Shown piece after piece: positions 23,185-37,350 of a stretch of 64,000 bases of DNA; the stretch's first letter is position 1; each line of letters starts with the position of its first letter. This DNA is from Malacoraja senta (Eukaryota), in assembly GCA_038087875.1 (NCBI GenBank), contig CM075991.1, forward strand, positions 8,806,001 through 8,870,000, in the 5' to 3' direction. The translations under genes and the position numbers were made by a program. Under the pieces are notes generated by a model. That model did not search any database. It had not been told where the DNA came from and saw nothing but the letters and a program-made list of their open reading frames with translations.

Positions 23185-23975
23185 CAAATTAATCTTTCAA
23201 CATATCTCACCTATATGTGATAAATGTCAACATTTAGAAGCTACCTTATCTCATATGTTTGCAAACTGTATAAAAATTAAAAAATTCTGGGTAAATATTT
23301 TTAGTATAATATCTAAAGTGACCAGCACACAATTGGACCCGGATCCAAAATTAATAATACTCGGAACATCAGAATTAAATCAAACATTTACAACAACACA
23401 AAGAAACTTTATTGATTATAGTATAATAACAGGAAAAAAATTAATTCTAAAATTTTGGAAAGGCCCCCACAATCAAAATGTGGATTATAGAAATGACAGA
23501 GACCTTAAACGTGGAAAGAATCAGATTTTCCCTGTTGGACAAACAGGAATTATTCGTTGGAACATGGTCTCCCTTTATTGATTATTTAAAGGGTCAGAAT
23601 GGTTCAGCACGGGAACCTGACTAATGCTCGGGCTAAAAAATGGATGAAATACTATATTCTGAAATGTACGAACATATCTCGAATGAAGTTTTTTATTTTA
23701 ATAAATTTTTCCACTCTTCTTTAACTATCTTTCTCTTTTTTTTTTTTTTTTTTCTTTTTTTTTTTCTCTTTTTCTTCTCTCTCTTTTCTTTCTTTACTTC
23801 ATCTATCTTTTTAGTTCTATCTAGTTTAAAATAAAAAAAAAGGCAAAAGGTATTGGAGACAATGTAATAATAATTGATAATATTATCAATTTAAAAATGT
23901 AAGACTGTAATGATGTTAATAGGTTGTGTACTTATCTCCAATAAAAAATATTTTCAAAAAAAAACAAAACAGATC
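23185..23975 (+). mobile_element. L1-clade LINE 3' end (5' truncated)
   Basis: CDKCQHLEATLSHMFANCIKIKKFW CCHC knuckle; T-rich 3' UTR; AATAAA at ~23940; A-rich tail; CAGCTGTCA duplicated at 23176-84 and 23976-84. Confidence 0.8.
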
Positions 23976-24529
23976 CAGCTGTCATAGTTCCTCTGACTAA
24001 AAAAAATCAGCTGCATCTCCCTTCTGAAGGTACTTCCTTTTATTCTGAGGCTGTGGCCTCTGGTCCTAGACTCTCCCACTAGTGGAAACATCCTCTCCAC
24101 ATCCACTCAATCCAGGCCTTTCACTATTCGGCAAGATTCAATGAGGTCCCATCCACATTCCCTCTCTCTCCTCTGTTTCCTTCAATCCGTCTCTTTACCT
24201 TCTTGACTGTGAAAGACTGAACAATTGAGATAAATACTCACTGTCCTCACCTGATCCTCTCAGGCATTTAATTCCAGCAGTGGTCAGTGGACAGGAAATG
24301 GAGATAGAGATTGGCTTAACTAGTTTCTCAGCACCAGTGTAATCGCACAAATTACGACTATTCAGAAGAAAGGAAATCGACTAGAAAACAAATCTCTTCA
24401 GGTTAAAGGCTGAATCACCTCTTTCATTAACAGCCTCTGATGGGTTTCTCAATGCTATCATTGAATGGGGTTTGCCCGCAGAACTTTGGAAAGATTACAT
24501 TCCTGTTCATCTTAATTTAATATGGAGCG

Positions 24530-24781
24530 TCACGGTGGCGCAGCGGTAGAGACCCGGGTTCGATCCTGACTACGGGTGCTGTCTGTACGGAGTTTGTACC
24601 TTCTCCCTGTGACCTTGTGGGTTTTCTCCGGGTGCTCCAGTTTCCTCCTACATCCCACGGACATGCAGTTTTGTGGCTCCATAAATTGTCCCCAGTGCGT
24701 AAGATTGAACTAGTATTGCTGGTCAGAGCGGACTCGGTGGGCCGAAGGGCCTGATTCCACGTTGTATCTCAAAACTAAACA
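24530..24781 (+). mobile_element. V-SINE
   Basis: tRNA-like head, V-domain and CR1-type tail. Confidence 0.8.
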
Positions 24782-25054
24782 TCCCAATTCACAATAATAA
24801 AACATCAAAAAAACATTCTATGTGTAGGAAGGAACTGCAGATACTGGTTTACACCGAAGATAGACACAAAATGCTGGAGTAACTCTACGGGTCAGGCAGC
24901 TTCTCTGGAGAAAAGGAATAGGTGACGTTTCGGATCGGGACCCTTCTACAGACTCAAAACATTCTAGTTTGGTCCCATGTAAAATTAATCTTGGTGTGAT
25001 AAACTCATCCACAGTAGGCATTGAACTTCAGTTCTTCTGCAGTTTCTTCTGCAG

Positions 25055-25650
25055 TTGTATAGGGCTCTGGTGAGACCACATCTGGAGTATTGTGTACAGT
25101 TTTGGTCTCCTAATTTGAGGAAGGACATCCTTGTGATTGAGGCAGTGCAGCGTTGGTTCACGAGATTGATCCCTGGGATGGCGGGACTGTCGTATGAGGA
25201 AAGATTGAAAAGACTAGGCTTGTATTCACTGGAGTTTAGAAGGATGAGGGGGAATCTTATAGAAACATATAAAATTATAAAAGGACTGGACAAGCTAGAT
25301 GCAGGAAAAATGTTCCCAATGTTGGCGAGTCCAGAACCAGGGGCCACAGTCTTAGAATAAAAGGGAGATCATTTAAGACTGAGGTGAGAAAAAACGTTTT
25401 CACCCAGAGAGTTGTGAATTTATGGAATTCCCTGCCACAGAAGGCAGTGGAGGCCAAGTCACTGGATGGATTTAAGAGAGAGTTAGATAGAGCTCTAGGG
25501 GCTAGTGGAGTCAAGGGATATGGGGAGAAGGCAGGCACGGGTTATTGATAGGAGACGATCAGCCATGATCACAATGAATGGCGGTGCTGACGCGAAGGGC
25601 CGAATGGCCTCCTCCTGAACCTATTTTCTATGTTTCTATGTTTCTATGTT
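25055..25650 (+). mobile_element. CR1/HER1-like LINE 3' fragment
   Basis: [18 protein letters not shown]...[22 protein letters not shown]; (TTTCTATG)n tail. Confidence 0.92.
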
Positions 25651-26757
25651 TGAACATAAACTCTTCTAACATATCCCAGCTAGGTTACAGAGGGCACACA
25701 TTTGGGGAATAGTATAAATGTAAGATAGGTGCAGTACATGGACTTATGGAATTGAATTTCAGAGGCTGGCTACAACACACTGATGCTATTATACACCATG
25801 TTCAGCAACATGCCTGGGGACTTCCAATGCAATGCTGTCTGGAGAAAGAAATGAGGCTTTGGATGGAGGAACAAGTTATGGATTTAAACCTTATTTAAAT
25901 CTTCTGAAAAAAGTAGAACTTTGCCCATGGATACGAAGGGGAGATGATTTCAGGTGAAAGTTATTCTCCTCATTTTTCCATCAATTTTCTGCAGATTCTA
26001 CCCCTCTGCTGCACAGTTGGGACAATATACAATGGCCAAGTGAGTCTCACAAGGCTCCTGGTCCAAAACGTCACCCACCCATGTTCTCAAGAAATGCTGC
26101 CTGACCCATTGAGTTATTCCAGCATTTTGTGTCTTGTTTTGTAAACCTGCATCTGAGGAAACTTGTGGCTATCCTACTAACCCACCTGTTCACCTTATAA
26201 GAATAGAATTAGGCCATTCGGCCCATCAAGTCTACTCCACCATTCAATCATGGCTGATCTCTGCCTCTTAATCCCATTTTCCTGCCTTCTCCCCATAACC
26301 CTTGACACCCGTTCTAATCAAGAATCTATCTATCTCTGCCTTAAAAATATCCACTGACTTGGCCTCCACGGCCCTCTGTGGCAATGCGTTCCACAGATTA
26401 ACTACCCTCTGACTACCCTCCCACATCCCATGTCTTTGGGATGCAGGAGGAAGTTGAAACACCCCAGGAAATGGTCACAGGGAGAATGTGCAAACTGTTC
26501 ACAGATGGGCCCAAATGCAGGCTCAGGTCTGACTGGTACGCCCTGCGTACGTGAGCAATGGTAGTAAATGTATACACTTACAAAGGTAGTAAATCATACA
26601 TTTACACACACTGCGATTACATCTGTGGAACAGATGAAGGACCTGCGTGAGAGAATGACAGTGATCTCAGATGGTTGTATTTTTGGATGAGTTTATTAAG
26701 GTACAGAACGACAAGCCCTGAGGACTTAGACCAGAAGACATATGAATAGAAAGTCGA

Positions 26758-27052
26758 CGGCACGGTGGTGCAGCGGTAGAGTTGCTGCCTTACAGCGCCA
26801 GACCCGGGGTGGAACCTGACTACAGGTGCTGTCCGTATGAGTTTGGATGTTCTGCCCACATGGGTTTGCCCAGGTGCTCCAGTTTCCGCCCACAGCAAAG
26901 ACCACAGTCCGGTTTGTTGGTTAATTGGCTTTGGCAAGAATTGTAAATTGTCCCTAGTGTGTTGGACTGCGTTGCTGTGCGGAGATCACTGGTTGGTGTG
27001 GACTCGGTGGCCGAAGGGCCTGTTTCCGCCCTGTATCCCAAACTAAACTAAA
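26758..27052 (+). mobile_element. V-SINE
   Basis: GGCACGGTGGTGCAGCGGTAGAGTTGCTGCC head through to the (AAACT)n tail. Confidence 0.8.
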
Positions 27053-27099
27053 CATTAGGCCATTCAGCCCATCGAGTCTACTCCGCCATTCAACAAGAG

Positions 27100-27445
27100 A
27101 GATTAGAGATTAGAGATTAGAGATTAGAGATTCCTTTATTTGTCATTCAGACCTTTCGGTCTGAACGAAATTTCATTGCCTGCAGTCATACATATAATAA
27201 TAAATAACAAAACACACAATAAACACAAATTAACATCCACCACAGTGAGTTCACCAGGCACCTCCTCACTGTGATGGAGGCAAAAGTCTTAAAGTCTCTG
27301 TCTCTTCCCTCTTTGTTGTCCCTCTGCGCTGAGGCGATCCAGGCTTCTGACGTTGTGACCCCGCCGGGTGATGGTAAGTCAATCCCGCGGCTGAATCCGT
27401 GCTCCGCGATGGGCCGGTTCAAACTCCACGGCCCGGGGTGGAGTT
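27100..27445 (-). mobile_element. GC-rich non-coding retroposon family (Rex1/L2-like tail), truncated
   Basis: Minus 3' end AATTTCGTTCAGACCGAAAGGTCTGAATGACAAATAAAGG plus (AATCTCT)n; homologous to 28181-28627. Confidence 0.6.
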
Positions 27446-28180
27446 TGGAAAAATAAACCATGGCTGGTCTATATTTTCCCCCTCTCAACCCTGTTCTCCT
27501 GCAGTTTGAAAGACAAGTTAAAAATCAAGCCTTTCTCTGACTTGGAGCCAAAGTAAGTTAGCATGTCTGATGATGACGTGGGAAGCACAGCTTGGCACAA
27601 GTCTGAATGCCACAGCAATCTTCCTTGGCTTCCAAGTTTACAGACAGCAGACCAAAGATGTCTGGGGTTGAGATGCGGTGAATGAGCAATGGTCTCCGTT
27701 AAAGGAGCAATCTTGCCCACCACACATAGATTGTTCTGTTCATTCAAATTGTGTCTCAGGATTTTGAATTTCAATCAGAGCAAGCAGGAAGGCTTTCGAT
27801 TAACATTTCAGTTACAGGTCAACACATTTGCAATGCAATTTTTCTTCAGACAGCCACCAATAACTCCGATTGTGAGCACAAAAGGTATGGTTCTGACTCA
27901 AAACGGAGACATCAATTGAGTCATGATTACTCCGCTGGTGGGTCAGTTTTGGTGTACAGTCCATATGACAAGGTTAAGCAGAAGTGGAATAATATAATGC
28001 CCTCCCAGCAAAGCCTCCAAATAGAATAAATGTTAGAAAACTGGTAACATCAGATTCAATCAGCAACAATGATTTCATGCAGATATACAACCATAAACCC
28101 TTTCATATTTATGTACAACTGTAAATTCATTTACTTTTTAATTCAATTCTTTTAAATGTATGCTTTGATAAGTTGCATTT

Positions 28181-28627
28181 AGATAGATAGATTCCTTTAT
28201 TGTCATTCAGACCTTTCGGTCTGAACGAAATTATGTTGCCTGCAGTCATACATAGAACCACTAATAACAAAACATACAATAAACACAAATTAAACATCCA
28301 CCACAGTGAGTTCACCAAGCACACCCTCACTGTGATGGAGGCAAAGTCTTAGTCTCCGTCTCTTCCCTCCTTGTTCTCCCTCTGCGCTGAGGCGATCGAT
28401 CCAGGCCGAAGATGCCGCCCTCCAGTCCAGCAGACCTCCGTGGTGATGTCGCCGCCGCCGAAAGCCGGAACGCCGTCTCCGCTCCGAGGCGGCCCGCCAC
28501 AGCATCAGCTCCAGGCCGCCGCCCCAGCTCCAGGCCGCTGCCCCAGCTCCGGGTCCCACAGTCTCCGCTCCAGGCCGCCGCCCCAGCTCCGGGTCCCGCA
28601 GTCTCCGCTCCGGGCCGCCGCCCCATT
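28181..28627 (-). mobile_element. GC-rich non-coding retroposon family with internal minisatellite
   Basis: Same 3' hairpin and tail as 27100-27445; GCTCCAGGCCGCCGCCCCAGCTCC repeats at 28508-28625. Confidence 0.6.
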
Positions 28628-29285
28628 TGAGATGTGAAATTATGTATCTGCACACAAGCCCACTCTCAGACACAATACACGCACACAGTTTCAAAGAGCA
28701 CACGCAGACATACATGCACACATGCAGAAACTACATATAACATGCATTCTATATATTGAAATCTATTTTAATTATTGCAAGAATTTACTACCATTGCATT
28801 AAATATCTTAAATGACTGCGCTCCTAGGACTCTATTCCTTAGAGCTCAGGAGGATGAGGGGTGATCTTATAGAGGTGTGCATAATCGTGGGAGGAATAGA
28901 AAGGGTAGTTGCACAGATTCTCTTGCCCAGAGTAGGGGAATTGAGAACCAGAGGACGTAGGTTTAAGGTGAGGGGGGGGGGGGGGGGAGATTTCATAGGA
29001 AACCGAGCGATATCTTTTTTTGCACAAAGGATGGTGGGTGTATGGAACGAACTGCCAAGAAGGTAGTTGAGGCAGGAACTATCACAACTTAAAAAAATTA
29101 TTTGGACAGGTACATGGATAGGACAGGTTTAGAGGGGTATGGGCCAAGCGCAGGAGTAATTGTAAATCATCCCCAATGTGAGGAGGATAGTATAAGTGTG
29201 CAGGGATCGCGGGGCGGCCCAGACTCGGTGGGCCGAAGGGCCTGTTTCCGCGCTGTATCTCTAATCTAAACGTCACATCTGTTAA

Positions 29286-29604
29286 GGGGCCTGTCCCACT
29301 GTACGAGCTAATTCAAGAGCTCTCCCGAGTTTAAAAAAAAATCAAACTCCTGGTAAGCACGTAGAATGTACGTTGCGGGTACGTCGGAGCTCGGGGACGT
29401 CTCTTAGCGGCTCGTAACGCTAACGGCAGGTACTCGGGAAACGCGGTAAGCTCGGGAAGACTCGTGAAGATTTCTCAACATGTTGAAAAATGTCCACGAG
29501 AGCCCCGAGTACCGACGAGCGGCCATTACCGTAATTCTCCGAGTTCGAATCAGGGGAAACTCGGGAGAACTCTTGAATTAGCTCGTACAGTGGGACAGCC
29601 CCCA
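29286..29604 (-). mobile_element. Harbinger-type MITE family A
   Basis: Reverse-orientation copy; TIRs; TAA flanks. Confidence 0.85.
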
Positions 29605-30352
29605 TAAATGATCTCCACCAGCAAGGAAACAATTGGATGTTTTTTTTAGATCAGCCTCTGCTGTTTACAGCCAGTATGTTGATGTTATCATGACTTGCCG
29701 ACTGTGCTCGGTAGAGGTGGAAAGGCAGGAGAAGACCCCTGTGTGATATTTGCCTTCTCCGTCCCACTCCCACTCCCACACTCTGTAATCCTACACTATG
29801 TCAACAAAGCTCAAGGAAGAACATCTCATCTTCTGACATGGCACATCACAGCCTTCAGGACTCCACATCAGATTCACAATTTCAGATCATCAAACGTTCC
29901 AGTTACGAATCCCACATTTCCAGATATCTTTCCTCTCGCCTCTTCTAGTATTTGAGATTCCTTTCATCTCCACCTATTTACTCAACACCCGATACACCTT
30001 CATCACCTTCTCTTACCTCTGCCTGCAGCACTGCATGTGCTAACTAATCTCTCCACGTCATAGAGTGATACAGTGTGGAAACAGGCCCTTCGGCCCAACT
30101 TGCCCACACCGACCAACATGTCCCAGCTACACTAGTCCCACCTGCCAGCATTTCCTCCATATCCCTCCAAACCTGTCTTATCCACGTACACGTCTGACTG
30201 CTTCTTAAATGTTGGGATAGTAGTCCTTATCTCAACTACCTCCCCTGGCAGCTTGTTCCATACATCCATCACCCTTTGTGTGAAAAAATTACCCCTCAGA
30301 TTCCTGTCATATCTTTTCCTTTTCAATCTAAACCGATGTCCTCTCACCTTAA

Positions 30353-30573
30353 AGGGCCTGTCCCACTTGCCGATTTTTTCGGCAAATGCCAGCATCAGGT
30401 CACCGAAAAATTTGCGGCGTGTCGTGGCGTGATGACGTATGACGAGCGGTGTTTTTTCGAGTGTCGCAACATTTTCTTTGTCGCCGCTGGATTTTCAAAT
30501 GTTCAAAATCTTTTGACGAGACTGATATGACGCTGGCAGTCGCCGAAAAAAATCGCCAAGTGGGACAGGCCCT
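30353..30573. mobile_element. Harbinger-type MITE family C
   Basis: AGGGCCTGTCCCACTTGCCGATTTTTT...AAAAAATCGCCAAGTGGGACAGGCCCT; TAA TSD. Confidence 0.85.
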
Positions 30574-30784
30574 TAAACCTTTGTCCTCTACCTGCCTCCA
30601 TCCTATTGTCCTTGTTTGTTTCCGCTACCTGTGACAACCAGAGGACATAGGTTTAAGGTGAACGGGGAAAGATTTCATATGAATCTGAGGGGAAAACTTT
30701 TTCACAATGTTGCAACGTGGGGCCGCTAATTGTCAACTGAAACAGAGACATAACTGCAGATAGACACAAAAAAAGATGAAGTAA

Positions 30785-31115
30785 TAGCCCTGTCCCACGG
30801 TGCGAGTTCATTCCAAGAGCTCTCCTGAGTTTGCCCTGATTCGAACTCGGAGATTTACGGTAATGGCCGCTCGTCGGTACTCGGGGCTCTCGTGGACATT
30901 TTTCAACGTGTTGAAAAATCTTCACGAGTCTTCCCGTGCTTACCTGCCGTTAGCGAGTCTTCCCGAGTACCTGCCGTTAGCGTTACGAGCCGCTAAGAGA
31001 CGTCCCCGAGCACCGACGTACCCGCTACGTTAATTCTCCGTGCTTACCACGAGTTTGATTTTTTATTAAACTCGGGAGAGCTCTTGGAATGAACTCGCAC
31101 CGTGGGGCAGGGCTT
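30785..31115 (+). mobile_element. Harbinger-type MITE family A inside a Penelope pLTR
   Basis: TIRs; TAA TSD at 30782-84 and 31116-18. Confidence 0.85.
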
Positions 31116-31589
31116 TAACTCCGCGGGACTGTGCGGCATCTCTGGAGAGAAGGAATGATTGGGTGACCTTTCGGGTCAGCGAGAGGATTTTGCAGAACTC
31201 TCGTCGGAGAGAGGAGGAGAACTTCTTCAAATTAGACGTACCTTGAGGAGATTTCGCAGCGGAGCGGACGAAATGTGTAGGAAGGAACTGCAGATGCTGA
31301 TTTAAACCGAAGATCTGACGTGATCCTTTAAACAACTGAACAGGAGACAAAATCAGAAGAGATATTAAAAGTCTATCTGAAGTTGCTGGTAGAATTAATA
31401 TAGTTTAAGCAGTTCTGTGATAATTGACACTGGAGGCTTATTTGCAGCAAGAATTTAACAAATTGCATCAACATTAATTGGGCTGGGTGGCCTTATAGCA
31501 AGGTTGTTTATGGACCACATACCAAGAAAAGTACAAATATTTAACATTCAAGCATGTACGCTCTATTAGTGAAGAGACAGATAGAGGGT

Positions 31590-31765
31590 AGCCCCTGTCC
31601 CACTTAGGAGACCTAAACAGCAACCTCTGGTGACCTTGCCCGCCACCCAAAACAAAATCAAGGTCGAGGTGACCTGCAACCTCCTACCACCTCCCACGCA
31701 TGAGTTGAAAACCTTCCTCGACTATGAAGAAAACCTGCTTCGACTAGACCTGCGACTAACAAATT
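31590..31765. mobile_element. Harbinger-type MITE family D, one end only
   Basis: Reverse complement of the right half of 40652-41042. Confidence 0.75.
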
Positions 31766-32649
31766 ATGTGTAATATATGCAAAAATAATTTTACTGTGCG
31801 GGTGAATATGTGACCAATAAAGCTGATTGAACCATTGAAAAATTCACAAGACAGTGATGACTTGGAGTTGGGAAAGCTTGGATTTGTCTCCAAACTCACT
31901 GGAAATAGGAAATGGTCAGAGAGCTATTGAACTAAAACCTATTATAATACTATTTCAAAATGCAAACAAACACAGAGCTATTTAATCAAAACTCCATGAC
32001 GTCTCAAGGACAGTTTGTTTACAGAGTGGCGGATCATTGCCTTAATATTTCTCTCACTTTTTCTCATTTCAATGCTTCACTTCACACCAGCAAACCTCCC
32101 GTGGAAATGGAGCTAAACGTCCAAACTAATGGGAATCAGTTCAGCCTACAGCGACTGTTCTCTCAGCATCTCTGGAGAACATGGATAGGTGATGTTTCGG
32201 GTCGGGACCCTTCCGAAGGGTCCCAACCTGAAGCGTCACCTATCCATCTTCTCCAAGATATGCTGCCTGACCGACTGAGTTACTCCAGCACTTTGTATTA
32301 CTTTGTGTATTAACCAGCATCTGCAGTTCCTCGTTCCTGTAAACATCCGTGGGTTCGACACGGCAAAATACCATCTAGTGTCTAGAACTGTCAGCTGTCG
32401 GACTGAAGAATGGACCCGACCTGAAAATTCACTGATCCATGGTCTCCAGATCAGTCGGAAGAAGAAAGTTCACGAAACATCACCTATGGAATTTACTTTA
32501 GAGGAACAGGCACTTTGGCCCACCGAGTCCGCGCCGAACTGCAATCACCCCGTACACGAACACTATCCTACACATGAGGGACAATCTGCAATTTTTTACT
32601 GAAGCCAATTAGCCTACAAACTTGTACGTCTTTGGAATGTGGGAGGAAA

Positions 32650-33095
32650 TGAAACATATAAGATTGTTAAGGGTTTGGACACGCTAGAGGCAGGAAACAT
32701 GTTCCCGATGTTGGAGAGTCCAGAACCAGGGGCCACAGTTTAAGAATAAGGTGTAAGCCATTTAGAACGGAGACGAGGAAACACTTTTTCTCACAGAGAG
32801 TTGTGAGTCTGTGGAATTCTCTGCCTCAGAGGGTGGTGGAGGCAGGTTCTCTGGATGCTTTCAAGAGAGAGCTAGAAAGGGCTCTTAAAAATAGCGGAGT
32901 TAGGGGATATGGGGAGAAGGCAGGAACGGGGTACTGATTGGGGATGATCAGCCATGATCACATTGAATGGCGGTGCTGGCTCGAAGGGCCGAATGGCCTA
33001 CTCCTGCACATATTGTCTATTGTCTATTGTCTATTGAATGTTAATTGGCCTCTATTGAATGGCCTGCTCCTGCACCTATTGTCTAATGTCTATTG
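32650..33095 (+). mobile_element. CR1-like LINE 3' fragment, (TATTGTC)n tail subfamily
   Basis: Near-identical to 44675-45060; TRGH/RVVSLWNSLP motifs. Confidence 0.85.
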
Positions 33096-34600
33096 AAACA
33101 GGAGCAATCGGACAAATCCCACACTGTCACAGGGAGAACGTACAAACTTTGTACAGACAGCAGCTGTAGTCAGGATTGAACCCAGGGTTCTGGTGCTGTA
33201 AGGCAGCAACTCTACCGCTACGCCACTGTGCCACACAAAATCACCTATCCAAGATGCTCCCTGACCTGCCGAGTTACTCCAGCACGTTGTACCCTTTGTG
33301 TAAACCAGCAATAAGTGGTTCCTTGGTTCTACATGCAGGAAAAATGTTCCCGATGTTGGGGGAGTCCATAACCAGGGGTTCACAGTTTAAGAATAAGGAG
33401 TAGGCATTTAGGACTGAGATGAGGAAAAGCTTTTTCGCTCAGACAGTTGTGAATCTGTGGAAATCTCTGCCACTGAAGGAAGTGGAGGCCAATTCACTGG
33501 ATGTATTCAAGAGAGAGTTGGATTTAGCTCTCAGGGCTAATGGAATCAAGGGATGTGGGGAGAAAGCAGGAAAGGGGTACTGATACCAGATGATCAGCCA
33601 TGATTATATTGAATGGCAGTGCTGGCTCAAAGGGCAGAATGGCCTACTCCTGCACCTATTTTAATATATTTCTATGTTCTCCGCATTACATTTGTTAGTT
33701 GAGCATCTGCATGCAGCTTATGTTTGCACGCACATGACTGGAGTTATTCAGAGGAATTGCGAAAGAGAGATAAGTGGACCTTGAGAAGGTCTCGGAGCCA
33801 AGGAGAGACCACAGCTATAACCAGTCCAGTCCATTAGCTGAAACCTCAGTGTTTCATGTGCCATTTGAGAGAGTCGAACACATTAAATGCCACACTTAGT
33901 TCTCAAGACTCCTTGCTAAGGGAAGCAATCACTCTGGCATATTGCAAAGTCAGGAATAATAAAAAGATTTTCTCTCTACGAGCACAACCAAAAATAACCT
34001 CCCTATGTCCTTACGTACTCAAAGTTCATGGGAGAAATTGACTATATTTATAAAGCAGGCATAATATCCGTTTGCGGTGAAGGCATCCTCTACTTTAAAA
34101 ACCACCACACTAGCCTTTGGATCAGGTTGGGGCAAGTTTGAGAGGACTGGTATATTCTGAAAAGGCCTAGGGCTCCACTAAATGATTTTAGCACTTAACA
34201 CTAACATATTAATAATGTATCGTGGAATCAGATCTTTATCACTCTATTCTAGTCTCAGAGAAGGCAAATGCAGCATTTAGCATCCATGTCAAAAGTCTTA
34301 ATAGTCCAACATGGAAACAGGCCTTCAGCCTAACAAGTTCACGGTGGCACAGCGGTAGAGTTGCTGCCTTACAGCGAATACAGCGCCGGACACCCAGATG
34401 GGCGCTGTCTGTACGGAGTTTGTACGTTCTCCCCGTGACCTGCGTGGGTTTTCTCCGAGATCTTCGGTTTCCTCCCACATTCCAAAGACATACAGTTTTG
34501 CGGGTTAATTGGCTTGGTAAACGTAAAAGTTGTCCCAAGCATGTGTAGCATAGAGTTAATGTGCGGGGATCGCTGGTCAGCGCGGACCCGGTGGGCCGAA

Positions 34601-34800
34601 NNNNNNNNNNNNNNNNNNNNNNNNNNNNNNNNNNNNNNNNNNNNNNNNNNNNNNNNNNNNNNNNNNNNNNNNNNNNNNNNNNNNNNNNNNNNNNNNNNNN
34701 NNNNNNNNNNNNNNNNNNNNNNNNNNNNNNNNNNNNNNNNNNNNNNNNNNNNNNNNNNNNNNNNNNNNNNNNNNNNNNNNNNNNNNNNNNNNNNNNNNNN
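34601..34800. other. Assembly gap
   Basis: 200 N; both flanks are V-SINE sequence. Confidence 1.
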
Positions 34801-36884
34801 TGCGTAGGGATGGCACTAGTGTTCGAGTAATCAATTGGGAAGGGATGGCACTAGCTGTTCGAGTAATCATGGTCGGTGCGTGGACCGAAGGGCCTGTTTC
34901 CAACACTGCATCTTTAAACTCATTTATACATCCCATGTCCTCAACAATCAACACCCTCCCAGATTCTATCGCACACTTGGGTCAATTCTGTGGCCATTTA
35001 ATCCACCAACACTCATGTCTTTGGGCTGTATGAGGAACATGAAGCACTCGGAGGAAGCTTTAGCCAGAGGAACTCATTGCCGCAGAAGGCTGAGGAGGCC
35101 AAGTCAGTGGATATTTTTAAGGCAGAGATAGAAAGATTCTTGATTAGTACGGGTGTCAGGGGTTATGAGGAGAAGGCAGGAGAATGAGGTTAGGAGGGAG
35201 AGATAGATCAGCCATTATGGAATAGAAACATAGAAACATAGAAAATAGGTGCAGGAGTAGGCCATTCGGCCCTTCGAACTGGCCTCAACTACCTTCTGTG
35301 GCAGAGAATTCCAGAGATTCACCACTCTCTGTGTGAAAAATGTTTTTCTCATCTCGATCCTAAAAGACTTCCCCCTTATCCTTAAACTGTGACCCCTTGT
35401 TCATGGCTGACCATCCAACTCAGTATCCTGTACCTGCCTTCTCTCCATACCCCCTGATCCCCTTAGCCACAAGGGCCACATCTAACTCCCTCTTAAATAT
35501 AGCCAATGAACTGGCCTCAAATACCTTCTGTGGCAGAGAGTTCCACAGATTCACCACTCTCTGTGTGAAAAATGTTTTTTCTCATCACGGTCCTAAAAGA
35601 CTTCCCCCTTATCCTTAAACTGTGACCCCTTGTTCTGGACTTCCCCAACATCGGGAACAATCTTCCTGCATCTAGCCTGATCAAACCCCTTAAGAATTTT
35701 GTACGTTTCTATAAGATCCCCCCTCAATCTTCTAAATTCTAGCGAATGGTGGAGTAGACTCCAATGGGCCGAATGGCCTATTTCTGCTCCTATCACTTAT
35801 GGAACTCACGCAGTCACAGAGAGTACGTGTAAACTCCACACGGGGAGGGGGGGGGATGAGAGGGGGTGGGGGGGGACAATTTTGAACCTGTGTTGCTGGA
35901 CCATGAGATAGCAACTCTATAAGCTGCACCACTGTGCTGCCTCGACTCAATCGCTGGGGGGCAAAGAAGGACTGGGACGGTAGAGGCTGCAGATACTTGA
36001 CCAAGGAAACTACCTGCTGGAGGACCTCAACATCAGGGAAATGGACGGTCAACGTTGCAGGTCAAGAACGGGGCTTTGTTCTGGAGACATGTGATTGGGA
36101 CAAGTTGGGTTGTCAATAGATGGGACAAATTATCCGAACTTCGGTGTGATACCCTACATGTGAAACAATTTGTCCTCCTAACAGCTTCATTCGTGTGCCA
36201 CACCGTTCTGCCGATGAAACCTTCAACTGCGCTTTATTTCAGCACAATCCGTCAAGCTGTCTTCATTAAAATTCTTCTGCTTAAATCACACAATCTATTA
36301 TTAGCACTGGTATATCCACTTAAATTAGCATGGCACTCTGCATATAGAATACCTTTCTTCTCCGCAGCCTCTGTGTGATTTAGCTGACAGTTCCTTGGGC
36401 AGGTGTATTTCCATAACTCAGTCCAACCATACCCCCACAAAAAACAAATTGAACGCACCCTCACCCTCTTTCATAGCAGTCACACCCTCTCATCACACCA
36501 AGTACGGTTCTGATTTTTAGTACAGTCTGGAATTAATTTAATGTGTTTTTTCCCCCATAAGACAATAGACTAACGTTTTTTGCATTGTGGCTCAATGTTC
36601 CCAACATGCTATGTGAAGGCATTATCATGTAAGATCCAATGGAATATTGGGGGACCTCGTTGAAATCTAACGCCTAGTGAAAGGCCTGGATAGATTGGAT
36701 GTGGTGAAGATGTTTGCACTCTTGGGAGAGTCCAGGACCAGAGGCTAAAGGTACGTCTTTTTATTTGGATGCTGTGTGATGCTGCTTCACCATGGGTTAA
36801 AGGTAGGCCAGGTTACCAGGAAGTGGGAGGGGGGAGGGAGGTGGGGGGGGGGTTAAGCGTGCGGGCACCAATTCTCTGCTTCAT

Positions 36885-37350
36885 AAGGTCATAAGTGCTA
36901 GGAGTAGAATTAGGCCATTCGGCCCATCAAGTCTACTCCGCCATTCAATCACGGCTGATCTATCTCTCCCTCCTCACCCCATTCTCCTGGCTTCTCCCCA
37001 TAAACCCTGACACCTGTACTAATCAAAAATCTATCTATCTCTGCCTTAAAAATATCCACTGAGTTGGCTTTTACAGCCTTCTGTGACAAAGAATTCCACA
37101 GATTCACCACCCTCTGACTAAAGAAATTGCTCCTCGTCTCCTTCCTAAAAGAACGTCCTTTAATTCCAATTAACCTCTAGTCCTTGACTCTCCCACTAGT
37201 GGAAACATCCTCTCCACGTCCACTCTATCCAAGCTTTTCACTATTCCGTACGTCTCAATGAGGTCCCCCCTCATTCTTCTAAACTCCAGCGAGTACAGGC
37301 CCAGTGCCGACAAATGCTCATCATACGTCAACCTACTCATTCCTGGGATC
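36885..37350 (-). mobile_element. CR1-like LINE 3' fragment
   Basis: Same subfamily as 14147-14610 and 51565-51935 (CATAAGGT-type tail). Confidence 0.8.
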